From contig JBDIWC010000023.1 of NCBI GenBank assembly GCA_039794085.1, forward strand, positions 1-62,610: a stretch of 62,610 nucleotides of DNA, given 5' to 3'. Both the position numbers and the translations under genes were made by a program. Of the stretch, positions 1 through 11,798 are shown in pieces; within the stretch, counting starts at the first letter, position 1; the number at the start of each line of letters is the position of its first letter. The notes under the pieces were generated by a model. That model saw nothing but the letters and a program-made list of their open reading frames with translations. It had not been told where the DNA came from and did no database searches. The DNA comes from Gemmatimonadales bacterium (GTDB lineage Bacteria > Gemmatimonadota > Gemmatimonadetes > Gemmatimonadales > GWC2-71-9).

Positions 1-110
1 TCGGGCGTGAGAAGGAGGCTGACAACCGCCGGTGGGAGCCGGAAACGCTCTGTTTTTCGTGGGTTTCGCCCGGTCACGCGATTCCAATCACGACGGCGCT
101 CACGAAACGG

Positions 111-131
111 CTTTATTCAGAGCTTCCTTAG
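111..131. mobile_element. Probable right terminal inverted repeat of an IS5-family (IS5 group) element plus target tetramer; element body lies left of the window
   Basis: 111-127 reverse-complements to GGAAGCTCTGAATAAAG, similar to the IS5 IR GGAAGGTGCGAATAAG. It is directly followed by TTAG (128-131), matching the YTAR target of IS5-group elements. Confidence 0.5.
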
Positions 132-155
132 TAGATTGGCGAAGGGGACCAACCA

Positions 156-443
156 ATGAGAAAGCCTTGGGGACTTATCGTTGGTGTTCTTGCTCTTGGC
201 ACATCAGCATGTGGAGGTTCGCGCAAGGCTCAGTGGGAAGGCTGGCTGTATCCGGACCGTTTTGACCTTACGCAGAGTGTCTCGCTCGGTCAGTTTTCGA
301 CCCTCGAGGAATGCCGAGGTGCTGCCAAATCTCGCCTTCAGGCTGTCGGAGCTTCGGCAACTGGTGACTACGAGTGCGGAAGAAACTGTCGAACCAAGTC
401 CGACCTTCCTGGCGTGAAGATCTGCGAAGAAACAACGCGCTGA
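156..443 (+). CDS. Small Cys-rich putative lipoprotein, hypothetical
   Basis: Basic N-terminus, hydrophobic stretch and lipobox-like TSAC; four further Cys; AAGGGG RBS-like site upstream; visibly lower GC than neighbours. Confidence 0.7.
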   Translation: MRKPWGLIVGVLALGTSACGGSRKAQWEGWLYPDRFDLTQSVSLGQFSTLEECRGAAKSRLQAVGASATGDYECGRNCRTKSDLPGVKICEETTR

Positions 444-518
444 TCGGAGCAGCGATCTAGCACGCCGCCCAACTAGCCGACTGGACCCCTCCCTACACCC
501 AATGCTATCGACTCAGGA

Positions 519-543
519 AGGGCGAATGTAATTCGCCCCCTAC
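519..543 (-). repeat. GTAG-type REP-like palindrome
   Basis: Minus strand GTAGGGGGCGAATTACATTCGCCCT: GTAG followed by a GGGCGAAT/ATTCGCCC hairpin, between converging genes. Confidence 0.55.
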
Positions 544-548
544 GAACT

Positions 549-3500
549 TCACATGTTCCGGCGGTACTGCCCTCCCACCTCGTACAACGCCCGGGACAGA
601 TCCCCCAAGGTACAGACCTTGGCCGCCTCCATCAGGGCACCAAAGGTGTTCCCCCCGGTGATGGCGGTGTGCCGCAGGGTGTCGAGCACGGCCTGCCGCC
701 CGGCGGGATCCCGCTGGTGCACGGCATCGCGGGAGGCGATGGCATAGTCCCGCTCCGCCTCGGTGGAGCGGATCACCTCGGTGGGGAGGACGGTGGGGGA
801 TCCCTGGGGCCCCAGAAAGGTGTTGACGCCGATGATCGGCATCGCCCCGCTGTGCTTCAATCTCTCGTAATAGAGTGATTCCTCCTGGATCCGGTTGCGC
901 TGGTACATGCGTTCCATCGCACCGAGCACGCCGCCCCGGTCGGAGATGTTTCGGAACTCGCGCAGCACGGCAGCTTCGACCAGGTCGGTGAGTTCCTCGA
1001 TGATGAAGGAGCCCTGCAGGGGGTTCTCGTTCTTTGCGATCCCCAACTCCTTGGTGATGATGAGCTGAATGGCGAGGGCCCGGCGCACGCTCTCCTCGGT
1101 GGGCGTGGTGATCGCCTCGTCGTAGGCGTTGGTGTGAAGCGAGTTGCAGTTGTCGGAGAGCGCCGTGAGGGCCTGCAGCGTGGTCCGGATGTCGTTGAAC
1201 GCGATCTCCTGGGCGTGGAGGCTGCGTCCGGAGGTCTGGATGTGGTACTTGAGCTTCTGGGAGCGCTCATTGCCATGGTACTTCTCGCGCATCGCGCGAG
1301 CCCAGATGCGTCGCGCCACCCGGCCGATGACGCTGTATTCGGGGTCGAGCCCATTGCTGAAGAAGAACGACAGGTTCGGCGCGAAGTCATCGATGGACAT
1401 GCCCCGCGACAGATAGTACTCGACGTAGGTGAAGCCGTTGGCGAGCGTGAAGGCCAGCTGGGTCAGGGGATTGGCCCCCGCCTCCGCGATGTGGTAGCCC
1501 GAGATCGAGACCGAGTAGAAGTTGCGCACCTGCTCGTCGATGAAGAACTGCTGGATGTCCCCCATCATACGCAGGGCAAACTCGGTCGAGAAGATGCAGG
1601 TGTTCTGGGCCTGGTCCTCCTTGAGGATGTCGGCCTGCACCGTCCCCCGGACCACGTGCAGGGCCTCGGAGCGAAGCCGGGCATAGACGTCGGGGGGGAG
1701 GACCTGGTCCCCCGTGGTGCCGAGGAGGAGGAGGCCGAGCCCGTCGTGGCCCTGGGGAAGATCTCCCTGGTAGCGGGGGCGGGGGAGTCCCCGGGCGTCG
1801 AACCGCTCCGCCAGATGGCGTTCCACGAGGTCGGCCTTCCCCTCGGCCAGGAGATGGCGCTCGCACTGCTGGTCGATGGCGGCGTTCAGGAAGAAGGCCA
1901 GCAGCATCGGCGCCGGGCCGTTGATCGTCATGGAGACGGAGGTGGCCGGGTCGGTCAGGTCGAACCCCGAGTAGAGCTTCTTCGCGTCGTCGAGCGAGGC
2001 CACGCTCACGCCGGAATTGCCGATCTTGCCGTAGATGTCGGGGCGGCGGTCGGGATCCTCCCCGTAGAGGGTCACGGAGTCGAACGCGGTGGACAGCCGC
2101 TTGGCGGGGGTGCCCCGGGAGACGAAGTGGAAGCGTTTGTTAGTGCGCTCCGGCCCCCCTTCACCGGCGAACATCCGGGCGGGGTCCTCGTGCTCGCGCC
2201 GCAGCGGAAAGACGCCCGCGGTGTAGGGGAAGTGCCCCGGGGCGTTCTCCCGCAGGAGCCAGCGGAGAAGATCGCCCCAATCCTCATAGCGGGGGAGGGT
2301 GACCTTCGGGATGCGCACCTGGGAGAGACTCACGGTGTACAGATCCTGCTCCAGGATCCGGTCCCGGACCGTGAACTGATACTTGGCGGCCCGGTACCGT
2401 TTGCGCATACCCGGCCACTCGGCGAGCAGGCGGCGGGATTCAGGATGCAGGGTGGCTTCCAGCGCGCGATATCGCGACTCGAGGTCAGCGAGAGCGGGCG
2501 ATGCCGGAACGGTGGTCACTTCGGCCCGGACCATGTCACCCTCCTCCTCGACCCGGGTGGTCTCCCGGCCGGCATCGCGCCGGAGCAGGTCGATCGTGCC
2601 GTGCAGCTGCCAGAGCTGACGCGCGATTGCGCACTGCCGGTCGACGAACCTCTCGAAATCCTCGACCGACTCGGCGATTTCGGACAGGTAGCGGACCCGG
2701 CCGGGAGGGATGATGGCCTGTTCCCGCGTGGCCTCGCCCGGATCCGGAGGAGGGGGAAGCGTCAGCGCGGTGCGCTCCTCCAGCAACCGCATCACCAGAG
2801 TGCAGAGCTCGGAGGTTCCGGGGTCATTGAACTGCGAGGCGACCGTGCCGATGACCGGCATCTCCTCCAGCGGGGTCTCGAAGCGAGTCCGGTTCCGTTG
2901 CACCTGCTTGCGGACATCCCGCAGCGCGTCGAGCGCGCCGGGCTTGTCGAACTTGTTCACCGCCACGGCATCGGCGAAATCGAGCATGTCGATCTTTTCC
3001 AACTGCGTGGCCGCGCCATAGTCGGGAGTCATGACGTAGAGGGTGACGTCCGCATGCTCCACGATCTCGGTGTCGGACTGACCGATCCCGGAGGTCTCCA
3101 CGATTACGAGATCGAATCCCGCGGCGCGGCAGATGTCCGTGGCCTCCCGCACGTGGCGGCTGAGGGCCAGGTTGGACTGCCGCGTGGCCAGGGACCGCAT
3201 GTACACCCGGGAGTCGTGGATGGCGTTCATCCGGATCCGGTCGCCGAGGAGGGCCCCCCCGGAGCGCCGTCGGGAGGGATCGACCGAGATGATGGCGAGC
3301 GTGTGGTCCGGGGCCCGGACGAGATAGCGCCGGACGAACTCATCCACGAGGCTCGACTTGCCGGCCCCGCCGGTCCCGGTGACGCCGAGCACGGGGACGG
3401 CGGTCTCGGCGAGGCGGGGAGCGAGCTCCTCCCGGAGACGGTCGGCCGCCTCGGGATCATTCTCGGCCACGGAGATGAGCTTGGCGATGCCATCCGGCCG

Positions 3501-3983
3501 GTCGGGGGAGAGAGAGGCGACCGCCCCGTTCCACGCGCCCGACCAGGTGGGAAAATCGCACTGGGAGAGGAGGTCGTTGATCATCCCCTGGAGACCGAGG
3601 CGCCGGCCGTCGTCCGGGGTATAGATACGGGAGACCCCCGCGGCATGGAGGGCGTCCACCTCCTCGGGGAGTATGGTCCCTCCCCCTCCTCCGAAAACCT
3701 TGATGTTCGCCCCGCGGTCCCGGAGGAGCTGAACCAGATAGCTGAAGTACTCGACGTGCCCGCCCTGGTAGCTCGTGATGGCGATTCCCTGGACATCCTC
3801 CTGAATGGCGCAGTCCACGATTTCCGCGACCGAGCGATTGTGTCCGAGGTGGATCACCTCCGCGCCCGACGCCTGGAGGATACGTCGCATGACGTTGATG
3901 GCGGCGTCGTGCCCGTCGAACAGGGATGCCGCCGTGACGAGGCGGATGGGATACGCGGGCTGATAGACGGGCTCTTTTTCCAT
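549..3983 (-). CDS. icmF: Fused isobutyryl-CoA mutase / MeaB-like GTPase IcmF
   Basis: N-terminal B12-binding domain (FDGHDAA), P-loop GTGGAGKSS and NKFD GTPase motifs, C-terminal acyl-CoA mutase barrel ([24 protein letters not shown] end). Start placed at ATG 3983. Confidence 0.93.
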   Translation of the reverse strand: MEKEPVYQPAYPIRLVTAASLFDGHDAAINVMRRILQASGAEVIHLGHNRSVAEIVDCAIQEDVQGIAITSYQGGHVEYFSYLVQLLRDRGANIKVFGGGGGTILPEEVDALHAAGVSRIYTPDDGRRLGLQGMINDLLSQCDFPTWSGAWNGAVASLSPDRPDGIAKLISVAENDPEAADRLREELAPRLAETAVPVLGVTGTGGAGKSSLVDEFVRRYLVRAPDHTLAIISVDPSRRRSGGALLGDRIRMNAIHDSRVYMRSLATRQSNLALSRHVREATDICRAAGFDLVIVETSGIGQSDTEIVEHADVTLYVMTPDYGAATQLEKIDMLDFADAVAVNKFDKPGALDALRDVRKQVQRNRTRFETPLEEMPVIGTVASQFNDPGTSELCTLVMRLLEERTALTLPPPPDPGEATREQAIIPPGRVRYLSEIAESVEDFERFVDRQCAIARQLWQLHGTIDLLRRDAGRETTRVEEEGDMVRAEVTTVPASPALADLESRYRALEATLHPESRRLLAEWPGMRKRYRAAKYQFTVRDRILEQDLYTVSLSQVRIPKVTLPRYEDWGDLLRWLLRENAPGHFPYTAGVFPLRREHEDPARMFAGEGGPERTNKRFHFVSRGTPAKRLSTAFDSVTLYGEDPDRRPDIYGKIGNSGVSVASLDDAKKLYSGFDLTDPATSVSMTINGPAPMLLAFFLNAAIDQQCERHLLAEGKADLVERHLAERFDARGLPRPRYQGDLPQGHDGLGLLLLGTTGDQVLPPDVYARLRSEALHVVRGTVQADILKEDQAQNTCIFSTEFALRMMGDIQQFFIDEQVRNFYSVSISGYHIAEAGANPLTQLAFTLANGFTYVEYYLSRGMSIDDFAPNLSFFFSNGLDPEYSVIGRVARRIWARAMREKYHGNERSQKLKYHIQTSGRSLHAQEIAFNDIRTTLQALTALSDNCNSLHTNAYDEAITTPTEESVRRALAIQLIITKELGIAKNENPLQGSFIIEELTDLVEAAVLREFRNISDRGGVLGAMERMYQRNRIQEESLYYERLKHSGAMPIIGVNTFLGPQGSPTVLPTEVIRSTEAERDYAIASRDAVHQRDPAGRQAVLDTLRHTAITGGNTFGALMEAAKVCTLGDLSRALYEVGGQYRRNM

Positions 3984-4092
3984 GACCGCAATATACTCCC
4001 GGCCCGACGTGCGGGCGACCGGAGGCACCGCGGAATCCTTGAAGAATCAAGGCGATCGCGTTAGCATGCACGTCCCCAGAGGAGGGAGGCGC

Positions 4093-5268
4093 ATGGCCCG
4101 TACCACGGTTCGAAGACAGCTCGATCGGCTCGCCCGGCTCGACTCTGGCGCTCACCCGATCGTCACCTGCTACCTGAAGCTGGAACCCCGCGACCGGGAA
4201 CGGGGGAAGTACTTCATCAAGCTGAAAAACCGGGTTCGCGCCGCCCGGGCCCGCCTGGCGAGCCTGGAACTGAGCCGCGAGGAGATCACCGCCGCCGAAT
4301 CCGACCTGGAGCGTGTTCTGGAGGCCCTTCAGGATCCCATCGGTCTCCCGCCGGGACAGGGAGTCGCGGTGTTCGCCAGCCGGGGTCACCGTCTCTTCGA
4401 GGTCGTTCCGCTCCCCCGGGTGTACCGCAGCCGGCTTGTGGTGGACCGATCCCCGCTGGTGCGTGAACTGGTGGCGATCGAGGATGAAGTGGGGCGGATC
4501 CTCACCACCGTGGTGGATCGGGGCGACGCGACGATCTTTGAGGTGACGGCCTGGGACGCCACGGTGCTGGAAACGATCCGGAGCACCACCGGGCGGACGG
4601 GACGGAGCCGGAGCCGGGGCGGAATGGCCACGGCCGGCCGGGACACCGCCCGTCGCGGGACGGGGGATGCCGGGTATCGCAACCGGATTGCTCAGGATCG
4701 GCAGCGACACTTCGAGATCGTGGCGCAGCGCCTGTTCGATCTCGACCGCCGGAACCCCGCCCATGGATTCGTCCTGGCGGGATCCGGCACGGAACCGCAG
4801 GCGGTGGAGCCGTTTCTCCATCCCTACCTGGTGGATCGCTACATCGGCCATGTGACCCTCAACGCGAAGGACAAACCCGCCTCCGCGGTGCACGAGGCGA
4901 CGCTGGGCATTCGCGAGGCGTGGGAACGGGACTCCGAGCGGGACATCGTGAGCGAATTGGAGGAGGGCCTCGGGAACCGGTGGGCGGTGAACGGGGTCAA
5001 GCCCACCCTCCGCGCCCTGAGCCGGGGGCAGGTGCGGAGCCTTCTGGTCAACGCGGAGGCCAGCATGGAAGGCGTGAGGGACGCGGAGGGTCGGCTGGGG
5101 CTCCTCAAGGCGGACTTGCGCGGGGGAGGGACTGTCCAACCGGTCCACGACGTGATTGACGATGCGATCGAGGAGGCGCTGCGGCAGAGGGTCAGCGTCA
5201 ACGTGATCCACGATGCCTCGGCCCGGACGCATGTGGACGGACTGGCGGGAATGTTGCGGTTCCGCTGA
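4093..5268 (+). CDS. Bacterial eRF1/aRF1-like (baeRF) release-factor-family protein
   Basis: eRF1-like three-domain layout ([36 protein letters not shown] end); no GGQ; RBS GGAGGGAGG before ATG 4093. Confidence 0.72.
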   Translation: MARTTVRRQLDRLARLDSGAHPIVTCYLKLEPRDRERGKYFIKLKNRVRAARARLASLELSREEITAAESDLERVLEALQDPIGLPPGQGVAVFASRGHRLFEVVPLPRVYRSRLVVDRSPLVRELVAIEDEVGRILTTVVDRGDATIFEVTAWDATVLETIRSTTGRTGRSRSRGGMATAGRDTARRGTGDAGYRNRIAQDRQRHFEIVAQRLFDLDRRNPAHGFVLAGSGTEPQAVEPFLHPYLVDRYIGHVTLNAKDKPASAVHEATLGIREAWERDSERDIVSELEEGLGNRWAVNGVKPTLRALSRGQVRSLLVNAEASMEGVRDAEGRLGLLKADLRGGGTVQPVHDVIDDAIEEALRQRVSVNVIHDASARTHVDGLAGMLRFR

Positions 5269-5269
5269 G

Positions 5270-5698
5270 ATGGGCACCGACCACCGCACCCGCACCCGGC
5301 CGATCCGGGTCCTGGTGGCCAAGCCGGGCCTCGATGGTCACGATCGCGGAGCGCGCATCGTCGCGGCGGCGCTGCGGGACGCGGGGATGGAAGTGATCTA
5401 CACCGGCCTGCACCAGACCCCGGAAATGATCGCGCGGGCCGCGGTCCAGGAGGATGTGGACGTGGTCGGACTCTCGGTCCTCTCCGGGGCGCACATGGCC
5501 CTCTTCCCTCGGGTGCGCCAGCTGCTGGTGGAGGCGGGACGGGAGGATGTCCTGGTGACCGGGGGAGGGATCATTCCAGCGGAAGATGCCCGCCTGCTCC
5601 AGGAGGCCGGAGTGGGCAAGCTCTTTGGCCCCGGAACCCCGACCCGCGATCTCGTGGACTACATTTCCACCTGGGCCACCACCCACCTCGATTCGTGA
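5270..5698 (+). CDS. Cobalamin-binding subunit of an acyl-CoA mutase (MCM C-terminal/IcmB-like)
   Basis: [24 protein letters not shown] and GGGIIP motifs. Confidence 0.92.
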   Translation: MGTDHRTRTRPIRVLVAKPGLDGHDRGARIVAAALRDAGMEVIYTGLHQTPEMIARAAVQEDVDVVGLSVLSGAHMALFPRVRQLLVEAGREDVLVTGGGIIPAEDARLLQEAGVGKLFGPGTPTRDLVDYISTWATTHLDS

Positions 5699-5702
5699 TC
5701 TC

Positions 5703-7340
5703 GTGACCGCTTCCGCCGACAAGCCGCCCCGCCTGCGTGAACTCACCGACGAATTCCTCCACCTTGCCGCCCGGTTGCGACAGGGTGGAGGGGAATCCCG
5801 GATCGCCCGAATGCATGGCCAGGGGAAACTGGCGCCCCGGGAACGGGTGGAGGCTCTCCTCGATCCGGAGGGGCCGTGGTTCGAGCTGGGCCTGCTCGTG
5901 GCCTGGGATCGCTACGAGGGCGACGCGCCCGCGGCGGGAGTGATCACGGGAATCGGCACCGTCGCCGGGCGGGAAGTGGTGGTCGTGGCCAACGACGCCA
6001 CGGTCAAGGCCGGATCGTGGTGGCCGGAAACGATCACCAAGATCCTGCGGGCCCAGGAGGTCGCGATGCGGCAGCGCATTCCGATCATCTACCTGGTCGA
6101 CAGCGCGGGAGTGAACCTCCCCTATCAGGGCGGGGTCTTTCCGGGACAGTACGGGGCCGCCCGCATCTTCTACTACAACTCGATCATGCGCCGGTATCTC
6201 CACGTCCCCCAGATCAGCGCCGTCATGGGGAGCTGCATCGCGGGAGGCGCCTACCTGCCCGCCCTCTCCGACGTGATCTTCATGGTCGAGGGGACGAGCT
6301 TCATGGGACTGGGGGGCCCGAACCTGGTGCAGGGTGCCACGGGGCAACGGGTGGAGTCGGAGGAACTGGGCGGTGCGGCGATGCATACCCGGGTGAGTGC
6401 GGTGGCCCACTACCGGGCCGCGACGGACGCGGAGTGCCTTCGTCAGGTCCGGGAATACGTGGCCCGCCTTCCCCGGCTCCATGGCGTGCAGGTGTCCCGG
6501 AAGGATCCGGAACCGCCCCGCCGCGATCCCGGGGACCTCTACGACCTGCTCCCTCGCGATCATCGCCTCTCGTACGACATGCGCGGAGTGCTCGACTGCC
6601 TGCTCGATTCCGGCCGCCTGAACGAGTTCCAGCCCGATGTGGCCCGGGAGATGATCTGCGGGCATGGAAGCATCGCGGGATACCCGGTGGCGGTGATCGC
6701 CAATCATCGGGGTCTTCTCAAGGGAGCCGCGGGTACCGCCCCCCGGTTCGGGGGAATCATCTACGCCGAGAGCGCCGAGAAGGTGGCCTACTTCATCGAA
6801 AACGCGGGACGGGAACGGATCCCGCTGCTCTTTCTGCAGGACGTGAGCGGGTTCATGGTGGGCCCGGAGGCGGAGCAGTCGGGGATCATCCGCGCGGGGG
6901 CCCGGTTTGTCGAGGCGATGGCGACGGCGCCCGTCCCCAAGCTGGTGCTGACCATCAACCACGCCTCGGGAGCGGGGTACTACGCCATGGCGGGACAGGG
7001 ATTCGACCCCGACTTCATTCTCTCCTGGCCTACCGGCCGAATGGGGGTGATGGAGGGGGAAGCGGCCGTGGCCGCGGTCCATGGAACGGCGGTGGCCAAG
7101 GCGCGGGCGTCGGGAGAAGACCTGTCCGCCGAGGTGGAATCGTCGATGGCGAGCATGCGGGAAGATTATGAGGCTCAGCTCGATGCACGTCACGCCGCCG
7201 CCCGGGGGCATGTGGACGCGATTGTGACCCCCGAGGAGACCCGCGACCAGCTGGCGTTTCTCCTGCGGGTGGTGACGAACTATGCGGGGCCGCATCTCGG
7301 TCCCTTTGTGCTTCCTCCCCTCGACGCGGTGCGGGATTGA
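5703..7340 (+). CDS. Acyl-CoA carboxylase carboxyltransferase (beta) subunit, methylcrotonyl-CoA carboxylase-like
   Basis: GKL.PRER, ANDATVKAGSW, LVDSAG, CIAGGAY and QDVSGFMVG motifs. GTG start at 5703 inferred. Confidence 0.9.
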   Translation: MTASADKPPRLRELTDEFLHLAARLRQGGGESRIARMHGQGKLAPRERVEALLDPEGPWFELGLLVAWDRYEGDAPAAGVITGIGTVAGREVVVVANDATVKAGSWWPETITKILRAQEVAMRQRIPIIYLVDSAGVNLPYQGGVFPGQYGAARIFYYNSIMRRYLHVPQISAVMGSCIAGGAYLPALSDVIFMVEGTSFMGLGGPNLVQGATGQRVESEELGGAAMHTRVSAVAHYRAATDAECLRQVREYVARLPRLHGVQVSRKDPEPPRRDPGDLYDLLPRDHRLSYDMRGVLDCLLDSGRLNEFQPDVAREMICGHGSIAGYPVAVIANHRGLLKGAAGTAPRFGGIIYAESAEKVAYFIENAGRERIPLLFLQDVSGFMVGPEAEQSGIIRAGARFVEAMATAPVPKLVLTINHASGAGYYAMAGQGFDPDFILSWPTGRMGVMEGEAAVAAVHGTAVAKARASGEDLSAEVESSMASMREDYEAQLDARHAAARGHVDAIVTPEETRDQLAFLLRVVTNYAGPHLGPFVLPPLDAVRD

Positions 7341-10237
7341 GGCCGAGACCTCCCCGATGGGGCTCGGCGGGGCGCGTGCTCGTCGTGTTCCTGGCCATCC
7401 TGGGGACGGCGTGTCGTCATGGCCCGCCTCCCGACGGGACGCCCGTGCCGTCCCGGTCAGGTGTGGAGGCGGGCACCGCTCCCGACGGGGAGGGGTGGCC
7501 CACGGGTGGCCGAACGGGGCCCCGCGCCGAGAACAGTGAGCCGTCGCCGGACCCGGGGAGTTCTCCCGGTCTCCCCCCCCGGGAGGCGGCCGCACGCGGG
7601 TTGATGCCTCTCGGCTCGACCGGAGTTCCGGCCTTTGCACGAACCTGGCCCACGCGCGATGGCCGCGGCGTGTTGATCGGGATCCTCGACAGCGGGATCG
7701 ATCCCACGGTGCCCGGTCTCGCCGGGGATCGCCTGATCGATGTCCGGGACTTCAGCGGAGAGGGTGACGTGACCTTGGTCCCCGTCCGTCTGTCCGGGGA
7801 CACCATTGTCACCTCCAAGGCACTGCTCCTCGGCGCGGGCCGGTTGCGCGCGCTCAACGCGACCGGGGAGTACTTCGAGGGGGTTCTGCAGGAGCGCACC
7901 CTGGGAACCGCACCCGCCGCCGATGTGAATGGGAATGGGCATGCGGGGGACGCCCTGGTTGTCCTGGTGACGAAGTCTCCGGACGGGTGGGTTCTCTTCG
8001 CGGATACCAACGGGGATGGCACTCTCGCGGATGAACGCCCCATCCGGGACTATGCGGTGACCCGGGACACGTTCGGGTGGCGCTCCGGCGGGGCGTCCTC
8101 GCCCCTGGGCATTGCCGTCACCTTTCGGCCGCCGCCGGGGCGGGGTGCTCCGCCCGGGCTCACGCTCGTCTTCGACACCAGCGGGCATGGGACCCATGTG
8201 GCGGGCATCGCGGCGGGTCGGTCGATGTACGGGGTGCCGGGATTCGACGGTGTCGCTCCTGGAGCGGATCTTCTGGGCCTCAAGATCGCCAACAATGCGC
8301 ACGGGGGGATTTCGACCACCGGGAGCATGCGGAGGGCCATGGCATGGGCCATCGAGGTGGCGGAGCGCCGGCAGCAGCCGCTGGTTCTGAACCTCAGCTT
8401 CGGAATCGGAAATGAGATCGAGGGGAGTGCCCTCATCGACCATCTGGTCGATTCGATCCTGGCGGCGCATCCGGGCGTGGTGATGACGGTGAGCGTCGGC
8501 AACGACGGACCGGGTCTCTCGACGGTTGGGTTCCCCGGTTCCGCGGCACGGATCATCTCGGTGGGGGCGACCTATCCGTCCGTTTTCCTGCCCCCCTCTC
8601 CTGACGGGGACACTCGGCCCGATGCGGTGGCCTTTTTCAGCGCACGGGGCGGGGAACTCGCCCGGCCGCACCTGGTCGCCCCGGGAATGGCCTACTCCAC
8701 GGTCCCGCGGTGGGATAGCGGGGAGGAGGAGAAGAGCGGGACCAGCATGGCGGCCCCCCACGTGGCCGGTCTCGCCGCGCGACTCCTGTCGGGACTCCGG
8801 GAGGAGAAGCGCACGGTGCCGGCGACCACGGTGCGGCATGCCCTCATGGTCACCGCCCGCCCGGTTCCGGGAGAAGGGTGGCTGTCGCAGGGGACGGGAG
8901 TTCCCGACCTGATGGCGGCGGCCCACTGGCTGTCCCGGCGGGTCGCGCCCGGAATGGTCAGGGTCCGGGCCGTGAAGAACGGGGCGGATGCCGCGTTTCG
9001 GGTCGGTCCGCTGGCCGACTCCACGCAGTCCTTCGACGTGGTGGCCGAACCGGGGGCGCTCACCCGCTCTCGGACCGTGACGCTGGAGAGTTCCGCCCCG
9101 TGGCTGGAGGCTCCCGGAATCCTCACCCTGGGTGACAGCACCCGGGTGACCGTGACCTATCGCCCGGCACTGCTGGAGGCACCCGGTGTCCACATCGGGA
9201 CGGTCACCGGATGGCCTGCGCGTCGCGACGATGGCCCGCTTTTCCGGCTTCTCAATACTGTGGTGCTGCCGGCGCCCGCCGGAGTCCCCGCCCGGGTGAC
9301 CACCCCCATCGCCCCGGGGAGCCTGACCCGCCTGGTGTTCGAGGTGGACTCCGGCCGGCCATTCACGGTGCGCGTCGGCACCGCCCGGCGGGATCACAAT
9401 GTGCTGGCCTTCCTGCATGAACCGGGAGGGATGCCGTGGCGGGTGGAACCCGCGATGCAGGGGGGATTCGACGGCCGGGCGGCCCGCTTTGACGTGGACG
9501 GGCGGGACGCCGTCGCCGGACGGTGGGAGGTGATCGCCGTGGCCGCTCCGGGCTCGGCGTCGTCCGCCGTCCTGTCCGTGGATCACTCCCCGGTGGGAGT
9601 GTCCGCCCGGAGGACAGGGACGGGAGTGACGGGCCGCTGGACCAACCTGACGGGGGATTCCCTCGATGTTCTGATGCGCATGGGCCTGGTTGGGGCGGAG
9701 CGTCGGGTCGGCGTCGAGGGACGGGGGAGCGACGAGATCTCCCTTCCCCTGGTGGTGCCCGCCTGGGCCGAGCAGATGGAAGTGGACCTCCAGTTGACAC
9801 CGGATCTGTGGCCTCGGCTCACCGACTTCGGATTCACGCTGCGGGGTGAGGACGGCACCATTCTGGAGACCGAACCGCTGAACTACTCCTTCGGGCAGCT
9901 GCGCTTCGCTCCCGGGGGAGGAGGCACGAAGCAGAATCTGAACCTGGTCCTGCGACCGGGCTTCGCGTCCTCCTCCCCGGATCGGGAGGCGCCGTGGCGC
10001 GGGGAAGTCTCCATCCGTCTGTACGCTCGTCAGCCCATCCTCCTGGAATCCACCAGGGCAGGACCCGAGACGCTCGCGCCGGGTGCGGGGAAGGATCTCG
10101 AGTTTGCCCTGCCCGCGTTGCCGTGGCCCCTGGGGGAGGGGTACGTTCCGCTGGGACATCTGATCGCGGACACCCGCACCGGGTTCTGGTCCCGGGAGAT
10201 TCCCCTGTCGCCCACTCTTGCACCGGCACAACCATGA
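7337..10237 (+). CDS. Secreted/lipoprotein S8 subtilisin-family peptidase, tripeptidyl-peptidase II-like
   Basis: Catalytic triad ILDSG / HGTHVAG / GTSMAAP; long insertion between the Asp and His; signal peptide ending LGTAC. Confidence 0.85.
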   Translation: MRPRPPRWGSAGRVLVVFLAILGTACRHGPPPDGTPVPSRSGVEAGTAPDGEGWPTGGRTGPRAENSEPSPDPGSSPGLPPREAAARGLMPLGSTGVPAFARTWPTRDGRGVLIGILDSGIDPTVPGLAGDRLIDVRDFSGEGDVTLVPVRLSGDTIVTSKALLLGAGRLRALNATGEYFEGVLQERTLGTAPAADVNGNGHAGDALVVLVTKSPDGWVLFADTNGDGTLADERPIRDYAVTRDTFGWRSGGASSPLGIAVTFRPPPGRGAPPGLTLVFDTSGHGTHVAGIAAGRSMYGVPGFDGVAPGADLLGLKIANNAHGGISTTGSMRRAMAWAIEVAERRQQPLVLNLSFGIGNEIEGSALIDHLVDSILAAHPGVVMTVSVGNDGPGLSTVGFPGSAARIISVGATYPSVFLPPSPDGDTRPDAVAFFSARGGELARPHLVAPGMAYSTVPRWDSGEEEKSGTSMAAPHVAGLAARLLSGLREEKRTVPATTVRHALMVTARPVPGEGWLSQGTGVPDLMAAAHWLSRRVAPGMVRVRAVKNGADAAFRVGPLADSTQSFDVVAEPGALTRSRTVTLESSAPWLEAPGILTLGDSTRVTVTYRPALLEAPGVHIGTVTGWPARRDDGPLFRLLNTVVLPAPAGVPARVTTPIAPGSLTRLVFEVDSGRPFTVRVGTARRDHNVLAFLHEPGGMPWRVEPAMQGGFDGRAARFDVDGRDAVAGRWEVIAVAAPGSASSAVLSVDHSPVGVSARRTGTGVTGRWTNLTGDSLDVLMRMGLVGAERRVGVEGRGSDEISLPLVVPAWAEQMEVDLQLTPDLWPRLTDFGFTLRGEDGTILETEPLNYSFGQLRFAPGGGGTKQNLNLVLRPGFASSSPDREAPWRGEVSIRLYARQPILLESTRAGPETLAPGAGKDLEFALPALPWPLGEGYVPLGHLIADTRTGFWSREIPLSPTLAPAQP

Positions 10238-11607
10238 GCTCACTGATTCGCATCGCCTCCGGACAGGGATTCTGGGGAGACTGGCTGGAAGCGCCGGTTC
10301 GCCAGGTCACCGGTGGTCCGATCGACTTCCTGATGATGGATTACCTGGCCGAAGTGACGATGTCCATCATGCAGAAGCAAAAGTCGCGGAACCCCGAGGC
10401 GGGATACGCGCGGGATTTCGTTCCCCTGATGGAGCGCATCCTTCCCGACCTGGTGTCCAAGGGGATCCGGGTCACCTCCAATGCCGGTGGAGTGAACCCG
10501 CGGGGCTGCGCCGAGGCGGTGCTGACGGCCGCCCGGGCACAGGGACTGGTCGGAGCCCTGCGGGTGGGACTCGTGACCGGCGACGACATCCTGGACCGGC
10601 TCGACGACCTGATCGCCCGCGGGCACCTGCTGAACGACATGGAGACGGGGCGCCCCGTGACCGACATTCGGGACCGGATCCTGTCGGCCAATGCCTATCT
10701 GGGAATGGCCCCGATGGTGGAGGCCCTCGATCGCGGCGGCCAGATCATCATCACGGGACGGGTCACCGACACCGGTCTCACCCTGGCCCCGATGTTCCAC
10801 ACCTTCAAGTGGGACCCGGATGACTGGGACAAGGTGGCGGCCGGAACCGTGGCGGGCCACATCATCGAGTGCGGGGCCCAGGCCAGCGGCGGAAACCTGC
10901 TCAAGGACTGGGACAAGGTCCGGGGCATGCAGAATCCGGGATTTCCGATCGTCGAGGCGCGGGAGGACGGCGCCTTCTTCATTACCAAGCATCCGGGAAC
11001 AGGTGGCGTGGTCTCGATCGCGTCGGTGTCCGAGCAGCTGGTCTACGAGATGGGTGACCCGGCACACTACATCACGCCGGACGGAGTCGCCGACTTCACC
11101 ACGATCCGGCTCGCCCAGGCGGGACGGAACCGGGTGCTCGTCTCCGGGATCCGCGGCGGCCCCCGCACCGACATGCTGAAGGTCTCCATCGCTTACTTTT
11201 ATGGGTACAAGGCGGTCGGAACCCTGGTCTATTCCTGGCCGGATGCCTATGCCAAGGCCAAGGCCGCCGACAAGGTGATCCGGGGACGCCTGGCCGACCT
11301 GGGGCTGAAATACGAGCAGATCCTGACCGAGTATGTGGGCGTGAATGCGACTCACGGGGCACTGGCGGGGGAGCCCTCCCCCGATATCGCCGAAGTCCAG
11401 TTGCGGATCGGCGTCCGCGCCCGGGAGCGCGCCCCGGTGGATCGTTTCACGCGGGAAATAGCGCCCCTGGTGCTGACCGGACCACCCAGCGTCACCGGTT
11501 TCGCCGGCGGCCGCCCCCAGGTGGAGGAGATCGTGGCCTACTGGCCGGCGCTGATCGACCGGAGGGAAATCGAACCGCATGTGCGGGTGGAGATTCTGGA
11601 GGCGTGA
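10234..11607 (+). CDS. Acyclic terpene utilization AtuA-family protein (DUF1446)
   Basis: [47 protein letters not shown] and YITPD motifs. Confidence 0.88.
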   Translation: MSSLIRIASGQGFWGDWLEAPVRQVTGGPIDFLMMDYLAEVTMSIMQKQKSRNPEAGYARDFVPLMERILPDLVSKGIRVTSNAGGVNPRGCAEAVLTAARAQGLVGALRVGLVTGDDILDRLDDLIARGHLLNDMETGRPVTDIRDRILSANAYLGMAPMVEALDRGGQIIITGRVTDTGLTLAPMFHTFKWDPDDWDKVAAGTVAGHIIECGAQASGGNLLKDWDKVRGMQNPGFPIVEAREDGAFFITKHPGTGGVVSIASVSEQLVYEMGDPAHYITPDGVADFTTIRLAQAGRNRVLVSGIRGGPRTDMLKVSIAYFYGYKAVGTLVYSWPDAYAKAKAADKVIRGRLADLGLKYEQILTEYVGVNATHGALAGEPSPDIAEVQLRIGVRARERAPVDRFTREIAPLVLTGPPSVTGFAGGRPQVEEIVAYWPALIDRREIEPHVRVEILEA

Positions 11608-11613
11608 AGGGCG

Positions 11614-11669
11614 TAGGACATAGGACGTAGGACGTAGGACGTAGGACGTAGGACTTAGGACATAGGACT
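11614..11669 (+). repeat. Tandem heptamer array (TAGGACN)x8
   Basis: TAGGACA, TAGGACG x4, TAGGACT, TAGGACA, TAGGACT read directly after the atuA stop. Confidence 0.95.
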
Positions 11670-11798
11670 TTGGGCATCTCTGATGATCGTCATCCCCGCT
11701 TGCGCCGGAATGGCGGGCACTGGTTGCCTTGTCGATTGAGCAGGATTTCCTGAGGACCGGAATTACGGGGACCCGCGATGACAAGGAAGGCTGACACC

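Noticed and set aside
1..500. Complete integron
   Set aside because: No integrase, attI or full attC visible; only a partial motif.
1134..4064. Long antisense ORF (also 7457-10243, 13689-15533, 42320-44464, 48888-52139, 58354-60828)
   Set aside because: Shadow ORFs opposite well-supported genes, expected in high-GC DNA, with no recognisable motifs.
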